Source: Eledone cirrhosa (lineage: Eukaryota). Taken from it: a stretch of DNA of 64,000 bases. Below the pieces are notes generated by a model. It saw only the letters and a program-made list of their open reading frames with translations, was not told the DNA's origin and did no database searches. Positions 13,343 through 26,296 of this stretch are shown here, piece after piece. The translations under genes were made by a program, and so were the position numbers. How positions within the stretch are numbered: the stretch's first letter is position 1; every line of letters begins with the position of its first letter. The DNA is taken from positions 13,516,001 through 13,580,000 of the forward strand of contig OZ024754.1 of NCBI GenBank assembly GCA_964016885.1. Reading direction: 5' to 3'.

Positions 13343-15426
13343 GTGGTGGTGGTGGTGGTGGTGGTGGTGGTGGTGGTGGTGGTGGTGGTAGTGGTGGTGG
13401 TGGAGGTGGTGGTGGTGGTGGTGGTGGTGGTGGTGGTGGTGGTGGTGGTGGTGGTGGTGGTGGTGAATGCGGTGGTGGTGGTAGTGGTGGGTGTGGTGGT
13501 TGTGGTTGTGGTGGTAGTGGTGGAGGTGGTGGTGGTGATGGTGGTGGTGTTGGTGGTAGTGGTGGTGGTGGTGGTGGTGGTGGTGGTGGTGGTGGTGGTG
13601 GTGGTGGTGGTGGTGGTGGTGGTTGTGGTGGTGGTGGTGATGGTGGTGGTGGTAGTGGTGGAGGTGGTGGTGGTGGTGATGGTGGTGGTGGTGGTGGTGG
13701 TAGTGGTAGTGGTGGTGATGGTGGTGGTTGTGGTGGTTTTGGTGGTGGTGGTGATGGTGGTGGTGGTGGTGGTGGTTGTGGTAGTGGTGGATGCGGTGGT
13801 GGTGGTAGTGGTGGGTGTGGTGGTTGTGGTTGTGGTGGTAGTGGTGGGGGTGGGGGTGGGGGTGATGGTGGTGGGGGTGGTGGTGGTAGTGGTGGTGGTG
13901 GTGGTGGTGATGGTGGTGGTTGTGGTGGTTGTGGTGGTGGTGGTGATGGTGGTGGTGGTAATGGTGGAGGTGGTGGTGGTGGTGATGGTGGTGGTGGTGG
14001 TGGTTGTGGTAGTGGTAGTGGTGGTGGTGGTGATGGTGGTGGTTGTGGTGGTGGTGGTGGTGGTGGTGGTGGTGTTGGTGGTTGTGGTGGTGGTGGTGAT
14101 GGTGGTGGTGGTAGTGGTGGAGGTGGTGGTGGTGGTGATGGTGGTGGTGGTGGTGGTGGTAGTGGTAGTGGTGGTGATGGTGGTGGTTGTGGTGGTTTTG
14201 GTGGTGGTGGTGATGGTGGTGGTGGTGGTGGTGGTTGTGGTAGTGGTGGATGCGGTGGTGGTGGTGATGGTGGTGGTGGTGGTTGTGGTGGTAGTGGTGG
14301 GGGTGGGGTGGTGGTGATGGTGGTGGTGGTGGTGGTGGTGGTAGTGGTGGTGGTGGTGGTGGTGATGGTGGTGGTGGTGGTGGAGGTGGTGGTCGTGGTC
14401 GTGGTGGTCGTGGTTTGGTGGTGGTGGTGCTGGTGATGGAGATGATGGTGCTGTTATTGGTGGGGGGGGGTTGTGGTGGTGATGGTGGTGGTGGTGATGG
14501 TGGTGGTGGTGGTGGTGGTGGTGGTGGTGGTGGTGGTGGTGGTGGTGGTAGTGGTGGTGGTGGTGGTGGTGGGTGTGGTGGTTGTGGTTGTGGTGGTGAC
14601 GGTGGGGGGGGGGGGGGGGGTCGTAGTTTGGTGGTGGGGGTGTTTTTATTGTTAGTGTTACTGTCATGACTTGGTAAACTGGTTGTGATGGTGGTGGTGG
14701 TGGCGCAGCTGTTGTTGTTGGTGGTGGTGTTTTTATTGTTGGTGTTACTCTTATCACTTGGCAGACTGTCGTGGTGGTGGTGGTGGTGGTGGTGGTGTTA
14801 TGAGGGGGTGCTATGGTGATTAGGTAGGTGCTGGTGCTAGTAGTGATGGTGGTGTTGAGTGTGTGGTGGTGATTAGGTAGGTGCTGGTGCTAGTAGTGAT
14901 GGTGGTGTTGAGTGTGTGCTATGGTGATTATGTAGGTGCTGGTGCTAGTAGTGATGGTGGTGTTGAGTGTGTGGTGGTGATGTGTTGGTTTCGTGGTAGT
15001 AGGTGGTGGTGGTCGTCGTCGTCGTCGTCGTCGTCGTCGTGTTGGTGGTGGTGGTGGTTGTGGTAGTGGTGGTGTTGGGGATGGGAGTGGTCGTAGTGGC
15101 GGTGGTGGTGGTGGTGATGGTGGTGGTGTTATTGGTGGTGGTGGTGGTAGTGGTAGTGGTTGTGGTGACAATGGTGGTGGTGGTAGCAGTTGTGGTGGTG
15201 GTGGCGGTGGTGGGGGGGGGGGGGGGGGGGACAGTGGTGGTGGTGGTAGTGGTAGTGGTGATGGTGGTAGTGGTGGTGGTGGTGGTGGTGGTGCTTGTGC
15301 TGGTGGTGATGATGGAGATGATGGTGTTGTTATTGGTGGTGACGGTGGTGGCTGTGGTGGTGTTGGTGGTGGTGTGTTGGTTGTAGTGGTGGTGGGGGTT
15401 AGGATTGTATTGGTGGTGGTGGTGGT
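13343..15426. repeat. Degenerate (GGT)n array
   Basis: GGT/GAT/AGT/TGT triplets with internal block duplications; gives poly-G/V (plus) and poly-T/P/H (minus) ORFs. Confidence 0.9.
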
Positions 15427-15539
15427 GAAATATGGCTAGTGATGGTGTCTCAGAAAACATTTCTACACGTTGAGAGACGACCACATCTTTTATTTGGCAG
15501 ACGACAATATCTGATAAATTTCTATTCCTCAACTAACTT

Positions 15540-16158
15540 ACTACAACCACCACTCCCACCACCACCAACACCACTAACACCACGACCAACCACCACCAAC
15601 ATCACCACTACCAACACCACTACCACCACCACCAACCACCACCAACACGACTACCACCACCACCACCACCACCACCGCCGCCACCACCCCCACCACCAAC
15701 ACCACCACCACCAACACCACTACTACCACCACCACCACCGCCACTACTACCACCCCCACCCCCACCACCACCACTACCACCACCATCACCACCAACCATT
15801 ACCATCACTACTACCACCACCATTCACCACCACCACCACCACTACCGCCACCACCACTACCACCACCATCACCACCAACCACTACCATCACTACTACCAC
15901 TACCACCACCATTCACCACCACCACCACCAGAACCACCACCAGAACCATCACCACCACTACCACCACCAACCACCACCATACCACCACCACCACTACCAT
16001 CACCATCACCACCACCACTACCATCACCACCACCACCACTACCACCACCACCATCACAACCACCACTACTACCACCACCACCACTACCATACCATCACCA
16101 CCACCACTACCACCACCACCACCACAACCACCACTATCACCATACCACCACCATCACT
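15540..16158. repeat. Degenerate (ACC)n array, opposite polarity to the adjacent (GGT)n array
   Basis: Direct triplet composition. Confidence 0.9.
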
Positions 16159-16231
16159 ATTTAGAGATTTATTTAGAGAATTATTTAGAGAATTATTTAG
16201 AAAACTATTTAGCGAACTATTTAGAGATCTC

Positions 16232-16604
16232 AGAGGGTTGGACGCCATGCTTTCTATCATAGTTACGTCCCTTTACAGTCTGAGTTCAAATCCCGCCGAG
16301 GTTAACTTTGCCTTTCATCCTTACGGGGTCGATAAAATAAAGTACCAGTAATGTACTGGGTAATTGCTGGCCTTGTGCCTAAAGTAGAAACAATTATTTC
16401 TTTGTTGGGCGATGGATGGATTGGCAGTATCGGTAGAGGGTCGGACGTCATGCTTTGCAGCAAAGAGTTACGGCTCTTTATGATCTGAGTTCAAATCCGG
16501 CCGAGGTTAACTTTGCCTTTCATCCTTACGGGGCCGATAAAATAAAGTACCAGTAATACACTGGGATAATTGCTTGCCTTGTGCCAAAAGTAGAAACAAT
16601 TATT
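16232..16604 (+). mobile_element. Two tandem tRNA-derived SINEs (Deu/Nin-domain-like core)
   Basis: A-box TGGCAGTATCGG, B-box GAGTTCAAATCC, core TTTGCCTTTCATCCTTACGGGGTCGATAAAATAAAGTACCAG, tail GGCCTTGTGCC.AAAGTAGAAACAATTA. Confidence 0.85.
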
Positions 16605-17718
16605 TCTTTGTTTATTTATTTCTTTGTTTGTTCATTTTTTTTTGTTTTTAATAATTTGAAATGTGGGTGGAAAGAAGATAAAGTTAAACGAAGGGGAGAG
16701 GAAGGGTGGGGAGAGGAAGAACGTGAAAGGAGGGATGGAATGATGAGGGAGAGAAGAGAAAGAAAGTGAAGGGAGAGGGTGACATGATGGGGGAGAGAAG
16801 AGAGTTAAATTGATGGGAGGGAGGGGTAAAATGATGGGGGAGAGAAGAGAGATAAATTGATGGGAGGGAGGGGTAAAATGATGGGGGAGAGAAGAGAGAT
16901 AAATTGATGGGAGGGAGGGGGTGACGTGATGGGAGGGAGGGGATGAAGTGGCGGGGGAGGGGGGAGGAAGGAGTGAAATGATGGGAAGGGAGAAGGGTGG
17001 AGTGATGGGGAAGATTAGAGAGATAAAGTTATGATAGAGATGTGGTGGAGGAGGTGAGTGATGAGATAGAGTAGAATGATAAAATGACTGGAAGGGGATG
17101 GCGTGGTGTGGAGGAATCAATATAACGTACTTGGAGTATCAGTGTCATGGCTACTCCAAATATATTTGCCTCATTTAACGTACACCATCGACCTACAGAG
17201 ACAGCGTACTTGAAGTTTGCCTAATGAGAACTACAAGTTGTCTGTCTAATCTAATCTACAATCTTAAGACTTCAGACATTTTCAAATATTAGATTTTCCT
17301 TTATCTAAAAAGGAAAAAAAAAATATTATAAATTAATAAAATATTTCTCAATTCAAAATAAATCTTCGTAATACAGAAGGAGTCTTTTATTTAATAATTT
17401 AACAAGGTTTTTTGTTTTTTTTTATGGTTTATAGTTTGTTTTTATTTTTGACTTTGTTTATATTTTGTTTTTGATCTTGTTTATATTTTGTTTTTGATCT
17501 TGTTTATATTTTGTTTTTGATCTTGTTTATATTTTGTTTATTGTTTTTGGTTTTGTTTTTCTTTCCATTCTTCCTTTGAGTTCATGATTTATCAGAATTC
17601 TTTAGAACACGATTTTCTTGCTCGAATTCTTCATATTCGGAAGAATATGAAGACATGTTAATGTTTTAACACCTACAGTATATCATATATTCTTTTATGT
17701 GTAGGTTTTAACAAAAGG

Positions 17719-17985
17719 ATGAGGATGCTGAAGGTAATGATGATGGTGATGATGATAATGGTGATGGTGGTGGTGGTGATGGTGATGATGGTGGTGGTGA
17801 TGGTGATGATGGTGATGATGGTGATGATGGTGATGATGATGATGATGGTGATGATGGTGATGATGGCGATGATGATGATGGTGATGATGGTGATGATGGT
17901 GATAATATCCATGATGATGATGGTGATGATGGTGATGATGGTGATGATGCTGATGATGGTGATGATGATGGTGATGATGATGATG
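17719..17985. repeat. (GAT/GGT)n trinucleotide array
   Basis: Direct; the poly-M/H/I ORFs are artefacts. Confidence 0.9.
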
Positions 17986-18189
17986 AAGAAGAATCATTTC
18001 AATTATTTTTTTAAAACAGGAAGTAAATATTCCTCTTCTACAACATGAAATGATTTTTTTTAAAGAATAAAATATTCTAGAAATGGAATCTTCCGTTCTC
18101 TCCTATTCCTCTCTTCCATCTCACCTTTTTACCATTCTTTGACTCTTCCTTAAAGTATCGGGTCGTAATGATAGAGGTGGTTGTGGAGG

Positions 18190-20000
18190 TCCTGGGGGTA
18201 GTTTGGTGAAGGTGTCTCTGGTGTGGGTGGCGGTATGGGTAGTGGTGGCGGTGGAGGGGCTGGGGGTAGTTTGGTGAAGGTGTCTCTGGTGTGGGTGGAG
18301 GTAGGGGTAGTGGTGGCGGTGGAGGTGCTGGAGGTAGTTTGGTGAAGGTGTCTCTGGTGTGGGTGGAGGTAGGGGTAGTGGTGGCGGTGGAGGTGCTGGA
18401 GGTAGTTTGGTGGAGGTGTCTCTGGTGGGTGTGGGTGGCGGTGGAGGTACTGGATGTAGTTTGGTGGAGGTGTCTCTGGTGTGGGTGGCGGTGGAGGTAC
18501 TAGAGGTAGTTTGGTGGAGGTGTCTCTGGTGTGGGTGGAGGTAGGGGTAGTGGTGGCAGTGTAGGTACTGGAGGTAGTTTGGTGAAGGTGTCTCTAGTGT
18601 AGGTGGAGGTAGGGGTAGTGGTGGCAGTGGAGGTACTGGAAGTAGTTTGGTGGAGGTGTCTCTGGTGGGTGTGGGTGGCGGTGGAGGTACTGGAGGTAGT
18701 TTGGTGGAGGTGTCTCTGGTGTGGGTGGAGGTAGGGTTAGTGGTGGCGGTGGAGGTACTGGAGGTAGTTTGGTGGAGGTGTCTCTGGTGTAGGTGGAGGT
18801 AGGGGTAGTGGTGGCAGTGGAGGTACTGGAGGTAGTTTGGTGGAGGTGTCTCTGGTGGGTGTGGGTGGCGGTGGAGGTACTGGAGGTAGTTTGGTGGAGG
18901 TGTCTCTGGTGGGTGTGGGTGGCGGTGGAGGTACTGGATGTAGTTTGGTGGAGGTGTCTCTGGTGTGGGTGGCGGTGGAGGTACTAGAGGTAGTTTGGTG
19001 GAGGTGTCTCTGGTGTGGGTGGAGGTAGGGGTAGTGGTGGCAGTGTAGGTACTGGAGGTAGTTTGGTGAAGGTGTCTCTGGTGTGGGTGGAGGTAAGGGT
19101 AGTGGTGGCAGTGGAGGTACTGGAGGTAGTTTGGTGGAGGTGTCTCTGGTGGGTGTGGGTGGCGGTGGAGGTACTGGAGGTAGTTTGGTGGAGGTGTCTC
19201 TGGTGTGGGTGGCGGTGGAGGTACTAGAGGTAGTTTGGTGGAGGTGTCTCTGGTGTGGGTGGCGGTGGAGGTACTGGAGGTAGTTTGGTGGAGGTGTCTC
19301 TGGTGTGGGTGGCCATGGAGGTACTGGTGGAGGTGGAGGAACTGGAGGTAGTTTGGTGGAGGTGTCTCTGGGGTGGGTGGCCATGGAGGTACTGGTGGAG
19401 GTGGAGGAATTGGAGGTAGTTTGGTGGAGGTGTCTCTGGTGTGGGTGGCCATGGAGGTACTGGTGGAGGTGGAGGAACTGGAGGTAGTTTGGTGGAGGTG
19501 TCTCTGGGGTGGGTGGCCATGGAGGTACTGGTGGAGGTGGAGGAACTGGAGGTAGTTTGGTGGAGGTGTCTCTGGTGTGGGTGGCCATGGAGGTACTGGT
19601 GGAGGTGGAGGAACTGGAGGTAGTTTGGTGGAGGTGTCTCTGGGGTGGGTGGCCATGGAGGTACTGGTGGAGGTGGAGGAACTGGAGGTAGTTTGGTGGA
19701 GGTGTCTCTGGTGGGTGTGGGTGGCGGTGGAGGTAATGGTGGAGGTGGAGGTACTGGAGGTGTCTCTGGTGGGTGTGAGTGGCGGTGGAGGTACTGGAGA
19801 TAGTTTGGTGGAGGTGTCTCTGGTGCGTGTGGGTGGAGGTGGAGGTACTGGAGGTAGTTTGGTGGAGGTGTCTCTGGTGTGGGTGGCCGTGGAGGTACTG
19901 GTGGAGGTGGGGGAACTGGAGGTAGTTTGGTGGAGGTGTCTCTGGTGGGTGTGGGTGGCGGTGGAGGTACTGGAGGTAGTTTGGTGGAGGTGGACCTTGG
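18190..20000. repeat. G-rich modular minisatellite (units ~51-68 bp, core GGAGGTAGTTTGGTGGAGGTGTCTCTGGT)
   Basis: About 30 recurrences of the core with variable spacers. Confidence 0.9.
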
Positions 20001-20509
20001 TGGGTGTGGGTGGTGATGGTGGTAGTGGTGGCGGTGTGGTGCAGTGTGGTGTCGACGGTGGTAGTGATTGTTTGGTGGAGGTGGCTGTGGTGGTATGGGT
20101 GTCGTGTGGGCAGTGGTTGTGAGGGTGAGGGTGATGGTTTGGTGGAGTTGCTGGTGGTGGTTTGGTAGAGGGGGCTGTGGTGGTGGTTTGATAAAGGTTG
20201 GCTCTGGTTGTGTGTTTTGAGGGGCTGGTGTTTGTAGTGGTGGTGGAAGTGCTGGCGGTGGCGGTCTGGTTGTGTTGGTGGAAGCAGAGGTGGTGGTACA
20301 TTTGTAAAAGACAAATCTAGGCAGTAAGTTTGCTATAACACCATACAGGGATAAATGGTAGGTTAGGTATGGCATCGTAGAAGATAAAGGAAATTCATCT
20401 CACGATTCTTTATATAATTAAATAAACACAAAATATATTTCAGAATTTATATCCTTAAACGATTTTATTGCATTTCATGCTGACATATGTTATTATTAAA
20501 AGGAATCTT

Positions 20510-20730
20510 GGAGCGGTGGGTTGGCAGTATCGGTTTGAGCGTCGGATACCATACTTCGTGGTATAGAGTTATGGCACTTGACGTTCTAATTTCATATCCC
20601 ACCGAGGTTAGCTTTGTCTTTCATCCTTACGGGGATAGATAAAACAAAACATCAGTTACGCAATGGGGTCAATTTAATCGAATGTCCCCTTCCCAAAAAT
20701 AGATGGCCTGCTGTCTAAATTAGGAGCCGT
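20510..20730 (+). mobile_element. Diverged tRNA-derived SINE
   Basis: TGGCAGTATCGG A-box and CTTTCATCCTTACGGGG core. Confidence 0.7.
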
Positions 20731-20949
20731 TACAGGAATTATTTTAGGAAATTATGTAGTTTTGGATAACTTTAAGACAAAAAACAGTTTTATATTCAAA
20801 CACATGAAGTGTCACAGTTACTGGTTTTATATGCATGTGCGTGCGTATGTATGAGAGAAAATAGTTTGTGGGAGTGTATATTTATGTAAATATATATTTG
20901 TGCAAGTGTATATTTGCGTAAGTGTATATTTGTGTAAATGTGAGTAGGT

Positions 20950-21110
20950 TATGCCTGGAAAGAAGGTTGGCTGGTAAGAGAAGCAGAGGCCGGCACCCAA
21001 AACGATGGCTTGACAATGTCAACTTATGGACTGGTCTTGATCTTTAAGCCTTGCTGCTGGTTATCGAACTTGTGGAGAGAGATATCACATGTTGATGTGC
21101 AGTCTGCAAG
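20950..21110 (+). mobile_element. RTE-clade LINE 3'-end fragment
   Basis: Encodes ...GKRSRGRHPKRWLDNV..., the RTE C-terminal RGR.P.RW.D motif; interrupts a 16-bp tandem array. Confidence 0.55.
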
Positions 21111-21112
21111 AG

Positions 21113-21464
21113 ATATTTGTGTAAGTGTAAATTTGTGTATAAATGTATATTTGTGTAAGTGTAAATTTGTGTAATTGTATATTTGTGTAAATGTATATTT
21201 GTGTAAGTGTATATTTGTGTAAGTGTATATTTGTGTAAGTGTATATTTGTGTAAGAGTATATTTATGTATGAGTATATTTGTGTAAGAGTATATTTGTGT
21301 AAGTGTATATTTGTGTAAGTGTATATTTGTGTAAATGTATATTTGTGTAAGTGTATATTTATGTATGAGTATATTTGTGTAAGAGTATATTTGTGTAAGT
21401 GTATATTTGTGTAAGTGTATATTTGTGTAAATGTATATTTGTGTAAGTGTATATTTGTGTAAAT
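21113..21464. repeat. 16-bp minisatellite (ATTTGTGTAAGTGTAT)
   Basis: About 22 tandem units; more units at 20876-20940. Confidence 0.9.
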
Positions 21465-21546
21465 GCAACATTGGAATATGTGGAATGTTGTCGGACTTCC
21501 GGCATTTCCAACGACGCGTTCCCCAGTTGAATATATATATATATAT

Positions 21547-21872
21547 ATATTAAAATACAAATATTAATAAAATAGATGTTCTTTTGATCAATTACATTTT
21601 ATTATACATATTTCGGATGTACAACAGTACGTCCTTGATTAAATCTTAACCATTTAACATCTCAGGGTATGTCATGTATCATTATATTTTGTCTGATGAT
21701 GGCGTTGTACCTCCGAAATATGTATAATAAAATGTAATTGATCAAAAGAACATCTATTTTATTAATATTTGTATTTTAATATTAATAAGTCTGGAAAATT
21801 ATTTTTCGTAGAGTGCTTCCAATCTACTGTAAAAATCATTCTTTGATATACTCATTGAATCTTGTTTAACTC

Positions 21873-21877
<5 letters not shown>
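21547..21877 (+). mobile_element. Hairpin pLTR-like mini-element with minimal hammerhead (21681-21738), inside (TA)n
   Basis: Inverted arms ~21547-21623 and ~21704-21783; stem I ATTATATTTTGT/ATAAAATGTAAT, CTGATGA 21693-21699, GAAA 21715-21718, short self-complementary stem III. Confidence 0.7.
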
Positions 21878-21909
<32 letters not shown>

Positions 21910-22016
21910 ACCTCTGCTTATTGATCTGGTCTTTTTAGCCCATGGAGCGCTTGCCAGCATGACTACGAATTTGCATTACGTTTCGCTTTTTCTACCAGCC
22001 GAAATGAGATTCTCGC

Positions 22017-22077
<61 letters not shown>

Positions 22078-22081
<4 letters not shown>

Positions 22082-22595
22082 GAGATAAGCGGAGCAAGCA
22101 AGATTCAAACAATTTTTAAAAATAAATTAAAAAATATAATTTAAATATTCCATTTGCTTTTACCGACGGTTTCACTTCACAAAAGACTGGAGATTCCTAG
22201 GGACTTCTAATGGAAAAGTTCAGATCATCAGAGAGCATTTTCCTTTCCTAGGACAAACAGTCTCAGCTCAGGAACGGCAAAATATAGTGCCATCTGCCAG
22301 CTAGCACAGGATCGAATGGGGCCGAAAATTTGACCTCTGCATGAACCAGCCCTTAGTAGTATCGGTAGTAAACATAGACGTATTGTCTACCTCGCCACTA
22401 AAAATAGCAGCTAAATAAAACAACAGATTTGTTCTCTACATAACGGAGAATATTAAAGGAAGTTAATATCCCCACAGGTACTAAGTACCCCTGGAAATAT
22501 ATAGGGTGTCTATGATACAAGGGTTGTTCTATGGTATTAATTTGACATACCAGAACTATAAAATTGAGATAAGCGGAGCAAGCAAGATTCAAACA
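22078..22595 (-). mobile_element. 484-bp hammerhead-bearing monomer bounded by 34-bp direct repeats, inside (TA)n
   Basis: AATTGAGATAAGCGGAGCAAGCAAGATTCAAACA at 22078-22111 and 22562-22595; minus-strand TGCTCT-CTGATGA...GAAA-CCGTCGG-TA-AAAGCA at 22155-22237. Confidence 0.75.
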
Positions 22596-22597
22596 TA

Positions 22598-22628
<31 letters not shown>

Positions 22629-22678
22629 AAATGAAAGGTATAGAAATTGTTTTAGCGAGAAGCTAACAGTGTTCTATA

Positions 22679-22830
<152 letters not shown>

Positions 22831-22996
22831 AGATAGACTGACAAATTCAGAGACATACATTCAGACATAGATATATATATAATTATCTAACTATTGTCGT
22901 CTAAATTCCAATGAAAGATTCTTCTCTCTGTGTTAGAAACAAAGAAACAGACACTTTCTCTGTTGGTGAGAAATTGTTAAAAATACTTTATATGTG

Positions 22997-23143
<147 letters not shown>

Positions 23144-23152
23144 ATATATATT

Positions 23153-23195
<43 letters not shown>

Positions 23196-23326
23196 ATATA
23201 TATATATATATATATTTATATATAATATATATGTGTATATGTATATATATATATATATACTGTATATATATATATTCATATACATATATGCATATATATA
23301 TATATACATATATATATATCTATATA

Positions 23327-23416
<90 letters not shown>

Positions 23417-23447
23417 TCTCACTGTGTAACACACTTCTCTTTGTGTA

Positions 23448-23526
<79 letters not shown>

Positions 23527-24099
23527 GTTTGTTTTTGTCTTTGCTAGATGCTTACTCATGCAGTTTTCTACAAAACAATATCGTGTAATACATTTAATTA
23601 TCAGTGAGTAGGTTTCACCGTTTTCTTTGAAATATCTTTATAATGTTATATAAAGTTCAGTTACTAAGAAATGCTGCTGTCTTTACTTTTACTCTTACTA
23701 AAGCAAATTTTATGTATGGCTGTATGTACATCTGTATTTATGTATATATACATGAATGTATGTGTGTTTGTATGTATGTATGTGTGTTTGTGTGTATGGA
23801 TGTGTTTGTGTGTGTGTGTATGTATGTGTGTTTGTGTGTATGGATGTGTTTGTGTATGTGTGTGTGTCTGTATGCATGTGTTTCTGTGTATGTGTGTATG
23901 TGTGTATGTGTGTTTGTATGTATGCATGTATGTACGTACCTATGTATGCGCGCGTGTGTATATATTCATGTTTATATGCTTGTATGTATGTATGCTTGCA
24001 CGTATCTATGTATGCTTGCATGTATGTATGCATGCTTATATATATTTACGCGTGGATGTATGTATGCTTGTATGTATGTATGTATATATGTAGGTATGT

Positions 24100-24740
24100 C
24101 GGGTCACTCTTGAGTGCTACTGGTAACATGTAACCCAGTACAACCTGTCGCATGGTCGGGTCGTCGGCGACTAAACCGGCAATCCCACCAAGCTTAAACA
24201 AAACAAAACCTGACATAGGGCGGAAGACCTTATAAGGGTAAACGATCATCCGAAATTGTGTAAATATGTATATATACATGTACCACGCGGTTAAACCACT
24301 GGGAGTGAAGGACCCCTAGCTTTTGTCAGGGCATTCTTCTAGGAGAAGGCAACTCAGGAAACTGGGATAACTCCGACATAAAACCTGCGGCTCAGTAGTT
24401 ACCGATGATGTTGATCTTTTCTTCTTTTCGGGTTATAGCTACTGTCGCTCAGAGAGTGGGACTGGCTCAGTGCACAGTCTTTCCTCACTTTAAAAAAATC
24501 TCTTCAGCCACAAGCATTGCACGATAGAATTAATTAATTATTTCTACTTCAGGCACAAGGCCAGCAATAACCCAGTGCATTACTGGTACTTTATTTTATC
24601 GACCCCGTAAGGACGAAAGGCAAAGTCAACCTCGGCGGGATTTGAACTCAGATCGTAAAGGGACATAGAATTAATTAATAATTATTAATAATGGTATATC
24701 ATGCAATGGCCGTACTCGATAACGAGGGGGCAGCCATCAT
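24100..24740 (+). mobile_element. Diverged copy of the 40534-41140 repeat family, interrupted by a SINE
   Basis: Shares GTGCTACTGGTAACATG...CAGTACAACCTGTC.CATGGTCGGGTCG, TTCTAGGAGAAGG and the terminal GGCCGTACTCGA.AACGAG..GGCAGCCA. Confidence 0.7.
24539..24664 (-). mobile_element. 5'-truncated SINE with 15-bp TSD
   Basis: TSD ATAGAATTAATTAAT at 24524-24538 and 24665-24679. Confidence 0.9.
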
Positions 24741-24831
24741 GTAGGTATGTATGCTAGCGTGCTTGTATGCATGTATGTATGTTTTGAATATACACACACA
24801 CATATATATACATATATATATATACATGTGT

Positions 24832-24914
<83 letters not shown>

Positions 24915-25009
24915 AAAGTTCTACACTCTACCCACCAGTATTGAGTAAACAACCAGTTGATATTTGAATGTTTTAAGTACTATGGTATTTAAACACACTT
25001 TCTATCTAT

Positions 25010-25052
<43 letters not shown>

Positions 25053-25179
25053 CGCACATACAAACATGTATGCATATATATATATATTTATTTATTTATA
25101 TGCATACACACACCATTTCTGTACTTTGTTAAAAGCACATATAATATGGTATGTGTAAATGTATCTATCTATGTACGTA

Positions 25180-25228
<49 letters not shown>

Positions 25229-25377
25229 GTGTGTGTGTGTACGTATGTGTGTTCGTGTGTGTGTGTACGTATGTGCGTGTGTGTGTGTGTGAGTAAGTGT
25301 GTGTGTAACTCAGCTGTATGTGTTATGATTCCTATCATTGTTACACTATGTCTATTTACTTTTATGTATTAGATACA

Positions 25378-25443
25378 TCACCACCACCACCACCGCCACT
25401 ACCACTACCACCACCACCACTACCACTACCACTACCACTACCA

Positions 25444-25474
<31 letters not shown>

Positions 25475-26296
25475 CACTACCACCACCACCACCACCACTA
25501 CCACCACCACCACTACCACCACCACCACTACAACCACCACCACCACCACCGTCACTACCACAACCACCACTAACCACCACCCCTACTACCACCGCCATCA
25601 CTACCACCACCACCTCTACCAATACCAATACCACGACCACTACTTACAACCACCACCATCCCACTACCCACCACCACCACTACCACCACCATCGCTACCA
25701 CCACCACCTCCACCTCCACCAATACCACTACCGCCACCACTACTACAAGCACCACCACCACTACCACCACCATCACTACCACCACCACCACCTCCACCAA
25801 TACCACTACCACCACCACTACTTACAACCACCACCACCACTAACCACCACCACCACTACCACCACCATCACCACCACCACCATCACTACCACCACTAACC
25901 ACCACTACTACTTACAACAACCACTACCACCACCACTACTACCACTAACCACCACCACCACTACCACCTCCACCAATACCACTACCACCACCACTACTTA
26001 CAACCACCACCACCACTACCACCACCATCACTACCACCACCACCTCCACCAATACCACTACCACCACTACTACCACAACCACCACCACCACTAACCACCA
26101 CCACCACTACCACCACCACCTCCACCAATACAACTACCATCACTACTACTTACAACCACCACCACCACCACTAACCACCACCACCAACACTACCACTACC
26201 ACCACCACCTCCACCAATACCACTACCACCACCACCACTACCAATACCACCACTATTACTACTACTACTACTTCTACAACCCACCACCATACCATC
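25378..26296. repeat. (ACC/ACT)n degenerate array with internal repeats
   Basis: Direct; recurring CCTCCACCAATACCACTACC and TACTTACAACC motifs. Confidence 0.9.

Noticed and set aside
13249-14436. Gly-rich plus-strand protein
   Set aside because: Its start derives from a decayed LINE fragment and the body is (GGT)n; no signal peptide or other support.
16407-16510. tRNA genes
   Set aside because: The A/B boxes belong to SINE heads; no complete cloverleaf.
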